A stretch of DNA of 63,664 bases, counting the filler, from Octopus bimaculoides (Eukaryota): NCBI RefSeq assembly GCF_001194135.2. It is 4 parts of 2 records of this genome, joined end to end, with 100 filler letters (N's around TTAATTAATTAA, not from the genome) between each part and the next. Parts side by side here need not be neighbours in the genome. Positions count along the whole stretch, not along the records: positions 1 to 27,632 come from NC_068989.1; 3 more parts are not named here. One strand, 5' to 3'. Within the stretch, counting starts at the first letter, position 1, and each line of letters begins with the position of its first letter. Shown here piece by piece: positions 1 through 11,046 of the stretch. Position numbers and translations under genes: made by a program. The notes under the pieces were generated by a model. The model was not told the origin of the DNA, searched no databases, and saw only the letters and a list, made by a program, of their open reading frames with translations.

Positions 1-250
1 TAAGGGTGAGAGAGTAAGAGAGTAAGAGTGTAGAGAGTAAGAGTGAGAGAGAGGGAAAGAGAGAAAAGAGTGAGAGAGTAAGGGTGAGAGAGTAAGAGAG
101 TAAGAGTGTAGAGAGTAAGAGTGAGAGAGGGGGAATAGGAGAGAAGAGAGTGAGAGAGAGTAAGAGAGAGGAGAGAAAGAGTAGGGGTGAAGAGAAGTGG
201 GAGTGAAGAGAAGTAGGAAGAGAAGTTGGAGTGAAGAGAAGTAGGAGTAA
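1..250. repeat. Purine-rich (GA/GTAA) low-complexity minisatellite
   Basis: taagggtgagagagtaagagagtaagagtgtagagagtaagagtgagagag occurs at 1 and again at 79 (78-bp period), then decays into gaagagaagt units. Confidence 0.85.
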
Positions 251-530
251 TAAATAAATATATATATATACATTTATATATATACACATGTGTGTGTGTT
301 TGTGTGAATGTATGCATATATATACATACATACATTTATACATGTATACACTCTTTTTGTTTTCGTAGAAAAACGTGATATATGCAATACACAGTCGTGT
401 TAAAAGTGCGTAGAATATGCTATTACGTTATGAGAAATGTATTATTTCTTTGATTAAACGACTAACGACAACTACACGAAGCATTTAGGTATAAAGAAAA
501 AAAGATTACCTGTACAAAACTTTATACATG

Positions 531-533
<3 letters not shown>

Positions 534-580
<47 letters not shown>
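534..580. repeat. (CA)n microsatellite
   Basis: Direct reading. Confidence 0.95.
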
Positions 581-585
<5 letters not shown>

Positions 586-2265
586 GTACACAAAGACAAT
601 TACATACATAGAAGCATAATATATGTATATACATGCATGTAAGACTCGTAAGCGCCGTGTTATTTCTTATTGTCTTCCGTATTTTCTTTGTCGCAAATAC
701 AGTCAAATACCACTTCTCTGATTTTTAGAGAGGCATTTTCACACTTTCCGAGTTACTATAAGAGTTTTCCGAGTACTATAATAGTTTCAGCGAATGTTAG
801 TCACAGTTATACAAACAACCTAAAATAGTGAATTTCAGATATCAGTCGAAGATATAATTGCAAGAAACTTCAACTAAATACCGAAATCCCACATAATGCT
901 TCTAAAAATTACATTTCCTAAAATACATATAATATGTTAATATCTCAGTGGTATGTTGGCGTACTAAAGTTAAATAGACAGAATTTGGTAAACGGGTTTA
1001 TTTAGGTCTGACAAAACATAAGTTTTATAGCAGGTATTCACCACTACTTCTGCTTCACAGCAACTCCACAGACTTAGAGATGACTTTGCTATGCTCCAGA
1101 AAAATATGTAGCCAATGATTGAATTTGAGAAACCATATTCTGCAGGTTTTATTTTGTGCTGCTGCTGCGCCTTTGAGAAAGATATAGTATTGAGGTATCC
1201 GTTCACATTTTAGAAACAAGAAATAAACACTTCTCGAAATGTCGACATCAAAGTAAGTAGTTTCTTCTCACTACAGTTTGAATAAACAATTTGTCCATAG
1301 GTGTAGTTTCTTTGAAATACGTCAAAGTCTTTTGAACCTTTTGCGAAGTGCATTGAATATTCTTTGAGTGTGTAGGTTCCTTCTTTTGAACTTACATCTT
1401 TGAGTCACACACTTCCAGAAAAAGAACGAAGTGTTAATCGAAGAAACTTCGTATAAAAGCGGCTGCGAATTGATTCCATATTTTCATATAATTAGAAAGA
1501 ACGAGAAAGAATAAGTTTTTGTCTATTGAATTTTAATATCGTTTTAATACTTTTAAACATCAAAATATTCTTTTCGTTTACGCAGTTAAAATTTATCTTT
1601 CCCTATATTATATTCCCTCTACTTTCTTTCGTTTTCTTACCTTTTTGTATTTGTTTGACTATGTGTCCTTCATTTTTTTCCTTTTCATTTCTGTCTTATA
1701 ACTGCCTGTGTTGATTTCTTTTTGCTACGTATGTTTTCATAGATTTACCTCACTCCACATTTTTCTCTTCCCATCCATGGATATTAACTCAAGCCGGTTT
1801 TTTTTTACCTCTTTTCTTATACTTTTATCTCTCTCTCCCCCTATCTAACATTCTCTCTCTCTAGCTCATCCTATGCACACACATATACTTCCTTCTATAT
1901 TTACTCCTAGCATCAGGAAATCGAATACTCACTTAGATTATAATATACAAAATCATGCCATACGCCATTTATTCTCTCTTTATCGTTGTCTCTTTTGTAC
2001 TGTTTATTCTTTGCTTTTTCTCTATTTTATTTCTCCTTAATTCTTTCTTTTCCTCTTTCATTTATTACTTTATATCTTTTCTCTTGTCTCTTTTCCTTTC
2101 TTGTCTTTCTCGTTTCTTCTATATTATTAAAACAATTATTTCTATTATATATATTCCTCATTTTTATATTCTTGCAATATATCTAGTTAGCCGTCACATT
2201 TTAAATGTTAAATTTTATATGATAAGATTTTGAATATGAAAATGTTAAGATTTATTTATCTAGTG

Positions 2266-2335
2266 CAGTGGTTCTCAACCTGTGCTCCGCGGACAACTGG
2301 TGGTCTGCAAAGGTAGTACTGGGGGTCCGTGAACT
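2266..2335 (+). mobile_element. 5' end of a hAT (Charlie/MER20-like) MITE
   Basis: Starts CAGTGGTTCTCAACC, a typical Charlie-type hAT TIR, preceded by atctagtg (close to the nTCTAGAn target preference). The same TIR starts the element at 59627. No 3' TIR found. Confidence 0.6.
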
Positions 2336-2679
2336 AAATTCAAAATTTCCCCACCTACCCCCAACCTCTGCCTACCCACATATCCCACCTCTACCCCCAC
2401 CCTCAGCGTAACCACTACCCCATCCGTGCTTTCCCCACTCTCGCATCCCCCACCTCCCAACACCACACCACACCACGCTACACAATACCACACAACACAT
2501 CACATCACAACACACGATCACGCACACACCAGCACTGACCAATTCCCACTCTCACATTTTCACACCTACACATACGCACATGCACACGTGAAGATCACCA
2601 GCATTCTCTTACTCACGCACCTTCGTTTTGGGATCACTACTACTTTGTTATCTCCCCTTCTTCTTAACTCTCCTGTGTG

Positions 2680-2851
2680 ACCCTTCTGTCCGGTATTCGC
2701 CATGATAGATCGCTAACCACTTCACACATTTTTTCTCTCCTTGTTTCTTTCTGTGTTCCTTTCTGTGGAAGAGCGTAGGCTCGAAACGTTAAAGACTTTC
2801 TTAATTCCTGAGTGTTATACTAATACATCTATTTGTTTTCTACACCACCTG
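2680..2851 (+). mobile_element. Probable Penelope-like pLTR/3' tail fragment (runs into N-gap)
   Basis: Non-coding segment containing a variant HHR motif (2759-2794). The PLE link is inferred from the known association of minimal HHRs with PLE pseudo-LTRs. Confidence 0.45.
2759..2794 (+). ncRNA. Variant minimal type-I hammerhead ribozyme motif
   Basis: cttt-CTGtGGA-a-GAGC-gtag-GCTC-GAAAC-GTT-aaag. Stem I cttt/aaag, perfect stem II GAGC/GCTC, GAAA core, palindromic AACGTT at stem III. One core substitution (CUGA to CUGU). Confidence 0.5.
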
Positions 2852-3710
2852 NNNNNNNNNNNNNNNNNNNNNNNNNNNNNNNNNNNNNNNNNNNNNNNNN
2901 NNNNNNNNNNNNNNNNNNNNNNNNNNNNNNNNNNNNNNNNNNNNNNNNNNNNNNNNNNNNNNNNNNNNNNNNNNNNNNNNNNNNNNNNNNNNNNNNNNNN
3001 NNNNNNNNNNNNNNNNNNNNNNNNNNNNNNNNNNNNNNNNNNNNNNNNNNNNNNNNNNNNNNNNNNNNNNNNNNNNNNNNNNNNNNNNNNNNNNNNNNNN
3101 NNNNNNNNNNNNNNNNNNNNNNNNNNNNNNNNNNNNNNNNNNNNNNNNNNNNNNNNNNNNNNNNNNNNNNNNNNNNNNNNNNNNNNNNNNNNNNNNNNNN
3201 NNNNNNNNNNNNNNNNNNNNNNNNNNNNNNNNNNNNNNNNNNNNNNNNNNNNNNNNNNNNNNNNNNNNNNNNNNNNNNNNNNNNNNNNNNNNNNNNNNNN
3301 NNNNNNNNNNNNNNNTGTTTATCCCTATATATCTATGTAAGTGGCGGGCCTTTCGAATTGCATCTTGGTACATGTGTTTTTTTTAAAATAAATTCAGCAC
3401 TGAATATATTCTGGTTATTTATTTAATTCAATAATAGGATGAATTCTTTTATAAGAATTTATCAAGTAACTAGCGTAAAAAAACCTCATAAGGGAGAAAT
3501 CCACCATTTATTCCCCAAATTATATTTATTTATATAAGGGCATTACTATACATAAATGCCTCACGCTAAAAGGGACTCTAAGGTCAAACTACCATAATAA
3601 ACACATTTTTACCGAACGCGAGGAAATGCAACTCTCAAAGCTAGCCCCTTAAAAACAGACTAAATTATAGATCATGATTTCATAGTTATTGCAGTATTAT
3701 GCAAATACTG

Positions 3711-4130
3711 CAGTTCTATATCTAAGAGATGAGGAATTATGTACATTATTTACATTTGACGGATATGAGTCCTCATCTTGTTTGTTGTTAACAAAACGTT
3801 TCGGCTGATATACCCTCAAACCTGGGTTCTCATTCCTAAGGTATTTTTCGATATTGTTGTTGTTGTTGTTATTATTATTATTATAATAATTATTATTATT
3901 ATTATTATTATCATTATTATTATTATTATTATTATTCAGGTCACTGTTTAGAATCGAACTTGGAATCTTGGGGATAGTAGCCGTGCTCTTAAACACTATG
4001 TTATATAGCACGGGCATATGGCATAGTGGTTAAGAGCGCAGGCTACTAACCCTAAGTTTCCAAATTCGATTCCAAGCAGTGACCTGAATAATAATAATAA
4101 TAATAATAGTAATAATAATAATAATGATAA
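3711..4130 (-). mobile_element. tRNA-headed, HHR-tailed non-autonomous element, copy 1 (inverted duplicated head)
   Basis: Reverse complement of 27871-28196: shared terminus tatagaactg, shared tail (gaatgagaacccaggtttga...gagggtatatcagccgaaacg) and (AAT)n. Two back-to-back tRNA-like heads form an imperfect ~150-bp palindrome at 3937-4086. Confidence 0.8.
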
Positions 4131-4144
4131 TATTTTTAAAAAAG

Positions 4145-4957
4145 GATTGACGTAACTCTTCACGAAGGTAAATAGTCAAGACGAAGAGCGCGATTCGATT
4201 GTATAAATGTTTTATTCGTTGAACAATATTTCTACAGCACGTCTGTCTTTCTCAAGTTCAAAACAAAAGGTGATTAAAAATTCAAAATTTCAGAAATCTA
4301 AACGTAACCAGCGTCCATACGTTGATGGGATGACATCATCAGTTTTTAAGTTTTATAACAAGCAGAAAGAAAGAAAAAAAAAAAGAAAAAAGGAAGACGA
4401 CAGAAAAAAAGGAAAGAAAAAGAGAGAAAGAAGAATATTTAATCAAACAGTTTTGTATAAATTTGACGATATTCTCCTGTCATATTATTCATTCCTCCAG
4501 GGCTTGATGTTAATAACTCGCAAACATATTTCTCCTCATACATTCTGAGAAGTGAAACTGGGGTAGATTCAGAATATTTTTTGAGAATGTGCACTTCCAA
4601 ATCTTCTTCAAAATTGCAGCCGCTTGAAACGAAATGTTTAACAAGTTCTGTTGATCTACTGTTCTTACGCCTGACGTCGAATCTGTGCCCATTAAACCTT
4701 TTGTTTAATTGTTCCGTTGTACAACCAACATAAATCAAGTTGTGTTTCGTGCATTCTGCAGCGTACACTAAATGGGAATCTTTGCAGGTTCCCCCTTCTG
4801 TATAAATCATAACATTTCTATTATGATTTCTGATGGTATTCACTTCACTCATGTTGTTGCACAATGAACAGGGCTTACCTCTCTTTCGGCTGTTCCTTAA
4901 GGTACAGCGTGCAGATACTCCAATGTTCGTTTTCTTGGAGTCAGATATAGAGGTCAA
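4145..4957 (-). mobile_element. Penelope-like element 3' part: GIY-YIG endonuclease ORF (4439-4957) plus 3' pLTR region
   Basis: ORF has CSLC...VYAAECTKHNLIYVGCTTEQLNKRFNGHRFDV...HF...LEVHIL...E...L.T..P.GMN, the PLE GIY-YIG signature with an upstream Cys motif (Neptune-like by eye). Open for ~150 aa to a natural-looking stop. Confidence 0.9.
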
Positions 4958-4959
4958 TA

Positions 4960-5130
4960 ATTCTTTTATTATTGAGGCCGTATTGAGAACTGTTTTTTGG
5001 TAACCGTGGATGTTTCTTCCTTATATCCCAATATTGACCACAATGAAGGGGTAGAAGCATGCATGGATGCCTTTGAAAAGCGGTCAAATAAAAGTATTTC
5101 ATCTGCAGGTACTGTACCAAAAGAAATCTG
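4960..5130 (+). pseudogene. PLE reverse-transcriptase fragment, inverted relative to the adjacent endonuclease
   Basis: + strand reads ENCFLVTVDVSSLYPNIDHNEGVEACMDAFEKR, matching the PLE RT motif LVTxDVxSLYxNIxHxEGxxAC. Confidence 0.8.
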
Positions 5131-5137
5131 ATCCATC

Positions 5138-6480
5138 CATATGTAAACAAAGAACGGCCATTTTTATCAATAGGGCTCGTTTTTACCGTCCTAAATTTTT
5201 AGGTAGGCCTAATAAAAATGCTAATTATGCAAAAGCAAACATTTACTTAATGCGACAATTAAATTTTAACAACAAATATAATCATAACAGACTTTATAAT
5301 GAACATAATAATATGTTTGAATGGAATTATACAAGAAATATGACGTCATAAAGTTCTTAATGATGAATGTATCATCCTCCACATGAGAGAACGTCCTTGA
5401 CACGTTTATCCATTGAATTTGTCAAGATAACTATTTCACCTGGTGTAATACTGTCAGCAGCATCCACAATAACTTCCCATAGCGCATCTTTCGTTAAAAA
5501 CTGCCGTACATCTTGATATACCTTCCTCTTCAGACACTTCATAGATTTTCAATCGGGATTAAGTCGGTTGAACACGCTGTCCACTTCATCAAATGGTGTC
5601 TAGAGCCTAATTATTGTAGAGAAGACTAATTACTGTAGAGAAGCCTAATTACTGTAGAGAAGCCTAATTACTGTAGGTATTCCAGAGACTTCTTAGCTGC
5701 CTGGGAGGGCGCATTATCTTGCATGAATACCAGCGTTCTCTTTAACCATGGCTCAAAATTGTCCTCCAAAAAGCAACATAGGCATTAGATGTCATTTTAA
5801 TTCCGTCTGGAATTTTCCAAGAACCAACAACTTGTCTCCAATGATGCCAGCCAAAATCATGACTGCGCCTACCCTTTGATGGTGTCTAAAACGATGAGGA
5901 CAATTTCCGCTAATTGCAACCCATCCTTTACTCCACCCATCTGGTCCATCTAGGGTACCCCGGCATTCATCAGTAAAGAGGACTTTTGAAAAGAACCTGT
6001 CTTCATGTAGTCTTCTCCCTATTTTGTTTATGAATAGCCTTCAGAGGAGACCTTGTTACAGCTTTTACGTTCTTGGCTACCTGCTTCAGGAGGCGACACC
6101 TGGTATATTTCGAAATGTCTTCCCTACCACATCATGTAAACACTTCTCGATTAGTTAGACACGTATTCTTCACAACTTCCCTCGTTATACGTGACAGGGT
6201 ACGCCTGGAAACAACTCTCGATTTACCCTTGTCAGCACTCGAACAGACAGCAGAAGACTCCACAAATTCCTTCACAGTTCGATGATCTTTCCCGGGGTCT
6301 TTGATATTTCCAGTGTCGTTTTTGTTTCTCCAAGCTCTGAGATGATGGTGGAATTCTCATTTGATGTTAAATCAGATTTTTGACCAATAATAATACTTTT
6401 ATTGGGCACTTGCCTAATAATTTAGGACGGTAAAATTGTTGCTGTTTCAGGAATATGGCCTAATAATTTGATACGTAGTG
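5138..6480 (-). mobile_element. Tc1-family DNA transposon relic with decayed transposase (~5357-6388)
   Basis: Minus strand gives DLTSNE..., DHRTVKEFV, FSKVLFTDECRGTLDGPDGW, GAVMILAGI, VFMQDNAPS, STDLIPIEN and LWEVIV, with stops and frameshifts. Degenerate TIRs share ttttaccgtcctaaatt(a/t)ttagg (~5171 and the reverse complement of ~6410-6440). The right end is followed by TA. Confidence 0.9.
5605..5676. repeat. 19-bp tandem repeat (x~4) inside the Tc1 catalytic region
   Basis: Units of gcctaattactgtagagaa. Confidence 0.9.
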
Positions 6481-6562
6481 TATATAAATTGGATATTTGG
6501 CAATATTGGTAACGCGAAACTCGGGGAGAAGAAAAAGTACAGTCTTGGATTCTAAATGTTTT

Positions 6563-6575
6563 ACACACACGCATA

Positions 6576-6650
<75 letters not shown>
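6563..6650. repeat. (CA)n microsatellite
   Basis: Direct reading. Confidence 0.95.
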
Positions 6651-6656
<6 letters not shown>

Positions 6657-8009
6657 TGACACAGACACACACACAAACCCCTTCCACACAAAATAATTAA
6701 TTGTACTGATTGTTTCAATCAATATAAATTATAATTGAATGTTTATATGAACTTACTTGTATGAAATAAACAGAAAATTCAGTTTGTATTTAAATGTTTG
6801 TAGAGCAAATTTGTAGGCTCGAATACTGCAAACTAATCTATCTCGTTTTATGAGATTGTGAAATAAGGGTAATTTCAGCTTTCAGAAAGTTTAAATTGTG
6901 ATGAGATATTTGTATTTTCTGCTCTTAGGAAATGCATTGAAAGCTCTACATTACAGAAGAAGAGTCCAGATTGTGGCCTGGTCGTAAGCCAATGAAGGAC
7001 AGACAAGCACAATCTTTTGCAGCTATCTCCTAATATAATAATGAGTGTAGTGTTTTTATATAGTTGTATATACATATATTTGTCTAGAATCACGCCAGAC
7101 GGGGAGGAGGAGAACAAATTGTAATTCAGTAAAGGAGAAGTAGTGAGAGTACTAGTCCTGACTGAGAGGGAGTGAGGGAAAGTAATAGCAACGAGAGGAA
7201 GGGGTAATAGATGAATAAGGAAGGAATGGGTGAAAAAAACCAGCGTTTCAACTCTGTATGAGTATATGTGTGTGTACAAGGGAAGTATGTGAACGTTTGT
7301 ATGTGTGATTTTTAGGTACCTTATTTTGTATCTTATTTACATATAAAAAAACTACAATTAGCCGTCATTATTAACGGCCAGTGGTCAGCTAGTATTTTAG
7401 AATACTTGAAAGTGCAGTCATTCCTCATGTATCATTCAAAAAGTCAAGGTGTTTCGAGATCATTGATAACAGGTATTTTTAGTGGTTTTCCTGCCTACTA
7501 CTACACGAAGGTTTTATTTGTTGTAAGATTCACTAAGCTGTTTGCCCTCACTCTACGTGTCTGCTTTAAATAGAACAGTTTTTCAATGGAGGTTTTTTTG
7601 ACATCATGTTGTTTCTTTACTGGACTTTGAAATGCCTGAGACAGAGTCTGAAGCTAGGGACAGGCTATGCTTGGTAAATTCTATGGTCTCCGAGATGAAC
7701 AAAGAAGACATGAATGAATATTTTGAGAAGATTAGAGAACTGTCCATGGACGATAGAGCCTGAGATTCTGTGAGACCCTCAAGCAGACTGAAGGCTGGTG
7801 AAGACAAACAAAATAAAGAAGCGTATTACGAGAAAAGTTGAAGAAGATTTCTTTGTTTTTGGCTTCATCTCACAAATTTTGTGTGAAACTAACATCCTAG
7901 CTTTGGGGTTGTTCTGATCCAGTGTTGTCAAGCATTTCAGCTGGCAACAGAATAGATTGTGAATATGTATGCATTTATGTACGCGTGCAGGTATATACAT
8001 GCACATACA

Positions 8010-8011
8010 CG

Positions 8012-8043
<32 letters not shown>

Positions 8044-8509
8044 ACACACAGACACACACGCAGACACACACACAGAGACACACACAGAGACAGACACACA
8101 CACACACAGACACACACACCCACACACAGACACACACACACAACCGCACACACACACGCCAAACTCACACGCACACTTTAATCCTTTACTTGTTTCAGTC
8201 AGTGGACTGCGGCCATACTCCAACACCACATTGAATGNNNNNNNNNNNNNNNNNNNNNNNNNNNNNNNNNNNNNNNNNNNNNNNNNNNNNNNNNNNNNNN
8301 NNNNNNNNNNNNNNNNNNNNNNNNNNNNNNNNNNNNNNNNNNNNNNNNNNNNNNNNNNNNNNNNNNNNNNNNNNNNNNNNNNNNNNNNNNNNNNNNNNNN
8401 NNNNNNNNNNNNNNNNNNNNNNNNNNNNNNNNNNNNNNNNNNNNNNNNNNNNNNNNNNNNNNNNNNNNNNNNNNNNNNNNNNNNNNNNNNNNNNNNNNNN
8501 NNNNNNNNN

Positions 8510-8542
<33 letters not shown>

Positions 8543-8575
8543 GTCTGTGTGCGTGCGTGCGTGTCTGTGTGTGTA
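8010..8575. repeat. Compound (CA)/(GACA) and (GT)n microsatellites flanking an N-gap, with a SINE-A tail fragment (8178-8221, minus)
   Basis: Direct reading. tttacttgtttcagtcagtggactgcggccat matches the reverse complement of the SINE-A tail. Confidence 0.85.
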
Positions 8576-9599
8576 TCTATGCAGCGAAAACTATAAACTC
8601 AGAAACAGTAGTTAACTCACACTACAGTTCCTGCCCTTCCTAACACCATATAGTAAACTACTCTGACAATAACTCATCTCTCACATTGACTCACTCTCAA
8701 TCTCTCCATCTCTCTCTTTCTCTCTCTCCCTACCACTTTCCCTCACAAGTAACACCTTGCTCCCAACATGTGCCATTCATTTCTTTGATATCTACTTCTC
8801 TATTCAGTTTTTAACTTATTCACCTTAGTCTCTCTTCCATCAACCATTATATTATTTTATAACTTTATCAAAATTCCTTTGTTCACACTTAAATTTTATT
8901 TCATTCATTCACATTTTCAAGGTTTAATGAACTTCTTGATTTTTCCGCATTACTCTAATGTTCCGAATGTGATTAATGATCTTCATAAATTTAAATCAAA
9001 CACTACTCTATTACACCAATTATGAAAATGCCAGAATTCTTTCTGTGTCTGTAACATACTTCGGTATTAGAAATTGCACGTCCATTATTGTACCCCACTT
9101 CAGCATCAAGCAAGACAGAACGGATAATTACATCTGAAGCCATCAGAACGAGATTGAAGAATAATGAGGAATTTGATGGAAGTAACAAACTTTAATCTTG
9201 TCTTGCAACGATAAATGAATTAACTAATGATCCTTTAAAACTCAATTTAAGACCTAATATCTGAAAATTTAATGTCATCTTGTGTATTATCCAAACACCG
9301 CTTATAATATAATTCCCTCGCGTTCTTTGTTTTAATTTCTCATTATTGGCATCAGAATTAAGTTAATTAAGGGTGCATTTCAAATCAAGTTGCAACTAAT
9401 CTTCTTCGCAGAACACTCTACGTCTAAAAACGAAAAGTGACAGATTATAATGTTGTCATAGGCACACAATCTACGAAAATCATCAAGAGTAGAAAAAGAT
9501 CTTTGGCTGGAAAATGGCTGACGAGTGGTTAAACAACATTAATTACAAATATTACGACATTCACATTTAGGACTCTTTATAGGAATTTTTAAATATAAT

Positions 9600-9760
9600 C
9601 GAATGGCATTTGTAGTGACTCCTGGATGGAAGAAAGGTTAAACTAAAGTCGCTGCTAGAAACAGTAACCAAATCGTACTCAAATAATATCTAACTTCATA
9701 AAAGGACACACTGGATAATATAATTCGGCATAAAATGCGTCTAAAATATATCTATAAAAT
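9600..9760 (+). repeat. Old interspersed repeat (family D); other copies at ~58765-58840, ~59395-59530, ~62030-62200
   Basis: Shared degenerate motifs aaa(t/c)agcagcca.at.t.cct..aat.ac and gtcacggctg.aatg between copies. Class not determined. Confidence 0.4.
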
Positions 9761-9849
9761 GACTGATTTGGACACATGTGCAATGCTTTTGATTAAAGAT
9801 TTATGCAGTAAGAGACAACTTCAAAGTTTACAAACAACGGACAAAATGA

Positions 9850-10045
9850 TTGGGCAGAATTTTTAGCATGTCGAATAAAATGCAACATTTCGCCCGTCTT
9901 TATTTTCTGAGTTCAAATTCTGCCGAAATCGACTTTACCTTCCATCCTTTTGGGGCAGAAAAAATGAGTAACAGCTGATCACTGGATCTGATGTAAGTGG
10001 GTTGTCCCCTCCTTCGAAATTGCCAAACTTTAAATCAATAGTAGA
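9850..10045 (+). mobile_element. SINE-B family copy (tRNA-derived)
   Basis: ggcagaat..ttagca...ctgagttcaaattc.gccga..tcgacttt.cctt.catcctt..gggg, shared with 17746, 47846 and 50530. Confidence 0.75.
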
Positions 10046-11046
10046 ATGACAATTTCTACTTTAAATTACTTAATCATTTAGAATTACTTGAGAGAACATG
10101 GTCGTTGTGCTCTGGATACAAATATATTCGGATGAAATTATCCACTTAATGCTAATCACTAACAAAAGGATTTTGAATTAATTGAAATGATAAATAGAGA
10201 GATAAACAGAGAATGTGAATTAGCCTCAATGAATAATTCACAAAAATGTGATAGATTTTTCACACTAAATTTATCCATTAAGATATATATCACAGAAAAT
10301 GTGCAACTAGTTTATGTAATTAGTCTTCTCATATGTAATATATTAGTCGAAGCTTTGATTACAAAGCTGTAATAATATTAGTTCAGGCAATCGGAAATAC
10401 AGTTTCATTAATGTCTAAATCTGTTGGCTTTGACACCATTATTGTATTTTAATTGGTATTTCACAAGTACTGAGGAGAAGTGATGTGTGGAGTAGAAGAT
10501 CCTCGAAAACTGGTAGCAGTAAAAATAGTCGAACAGAAGCAGCTGGAGTAGTGACTTGCATTAACGTTTGATTTACTGATTTACTCTTCGTATAAACAAT
10601 GTACGCACACACACGCACTTACACACACACACACATTCACACACACGTACAAATATGCTCACGCATATATATACNNNNNNNNNNNNNNNNNNNNNNNNNN
10701 NNNNNNNNNNNNNNNNNNNNNNNNNNNNNNNNNNNNNNNNNNNNNNNNNNNNNNNNNNNNNNNNNNNNNNNNNNNNNNNNNNNNNNNNNNNNNNNNNNNN
10801 NNNNNNNNNNNNNNNNNNNNNNNNNNNNNNNNNNNNNNNNNNNNNNNNNNNNNNNNNNNNNNNNNNNNNNNNNNNNNNNNNNNNNNNNNNNNNNNNNNNN
10901 NNNNNNNNNNNCCTTGAACTGTTTTCTTTGTTTTCCTCCTTTTTTTGAACTGTTTCTGTTTCGTTTATTGAACTATTTCTTTTTTTCTGAACTGTCATTA
11001 TTTTGAGACTTTTGTGAACAATTATTTCCTATTAGAACTTTTAGTT

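Noticed and set aside
3697-4017. Poly-Asn ORF
   Set aside because: It is a translation of the (AAT)n tract and tail of the non-coding tRNA/HHR element.
5150-5350. Continuation of PLE RT (ANYAKANIY) in ORF 5067-5351
   Set aside because: The segment is the left TIR/subterminal region of the Tc1 element.
6929-6983. Candidate 55-nt exon (ttttctgctcttag|...|gtaagc)
   Set aside because: The splice-like signals are plausible, but the peptide is unrecognisable and no linked exons were found. It cannot be supported without RNA-seq.
7401-7472. Candidate 72-nt in-frame exon (ILESAVIPHVSFKKSRCFEIIDN)
   Set aside because: Weak polypyrimidine tract, weak donor and no homology recognised.
9380-9800. Apparent decayed APE endonuclease motifs (VIGTQSTK, AFVVTPGW)
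   Set aside because: The matches are weak and in different frames, and part of the region aligns better with non-coding repeat family D seen at 58.8, 59.4 and 62.0 kb.
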